In this document: positions 63,982 through 64,000 of the stretch, piece by piece | How the letters are laid out: each line of letters opens with the position of its first letter | Numbering within the stretch: position 1 is the stretch's first letter | Assembly (NCBI GenBank): GCA_040403415.1 | Contig: JBBAKU010000005.1 | Span: 49,398-113,397, forward strand | Direction: 5' to 3' | Origin: Aquirufa sp. | Lineage (GTDB): Bacteria > Bacteroidota > Bacteroidia > Cytophagales > Spirosomataceae | Length of the DNA: 64,000 nucleotides | Translations under genes and position numbers: made by a program | Notes under the pieces: generated by a model | What the model was told of the DNA's origin: nothing | Seen by the model: the letters and a program-made list of their open reading frames with translations, nothing else | The model's database searches: none

Positions 63982-64000
63982 AAAAAAAGGGCTTGCCTAT

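Overview
Gene-dense chromosomal window from a Bacteroidota genome. The TAnnTTTG -7 promoter elements, AT-rich leaders without Shine-Dalgarno sites and Sec signal peptides followed by Gln support this; a freshwater Cytophagales-type organism is an inference. I saw no rRNA, tRNA, CRISPR array, integrase or transposase. In order, the window holds: (1) glycerate kinase; (2) a tightly coupled operon of DUF3237, an aromatic-acid MFS transporter, a divergent SerC-like aminotransferase, a PhzS-like flavin monooxygenase and a Tat-exported Dabb protein; (3) secreted glycan enzymes (GH78, esterase, sialate O-acetylesterase, two GH3) with no SusC/D; (4) AraC plus aldo-keto reductase and a PVC-type CxxCH protein; (5) a TetR-controlled ABC/HlyD/TolC exporter whose only ATPase is degenerate; (6) a two-component-regulated CzcCBA-type efflux operon with an embedded OprB/MnoP-like porin; (7) two TonB-dependent receptors; (8) oxyR divergent from an exported KatG carrying five NPH repeats; (9) an IorAB-type molybdoenzyme, an HTH-2TM fusion and a YdeI-CDGSH fusion; (10) three different photolyase-family genes with TIGR03643 and an unlisted DUF2256 gene. 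The best candidate for an undescribed system is the 2071-6442 operon, whose SerC paralog has lost the His-Arg phosphate-binding motif. All family assignments come from motif recognition only; no database search was run.
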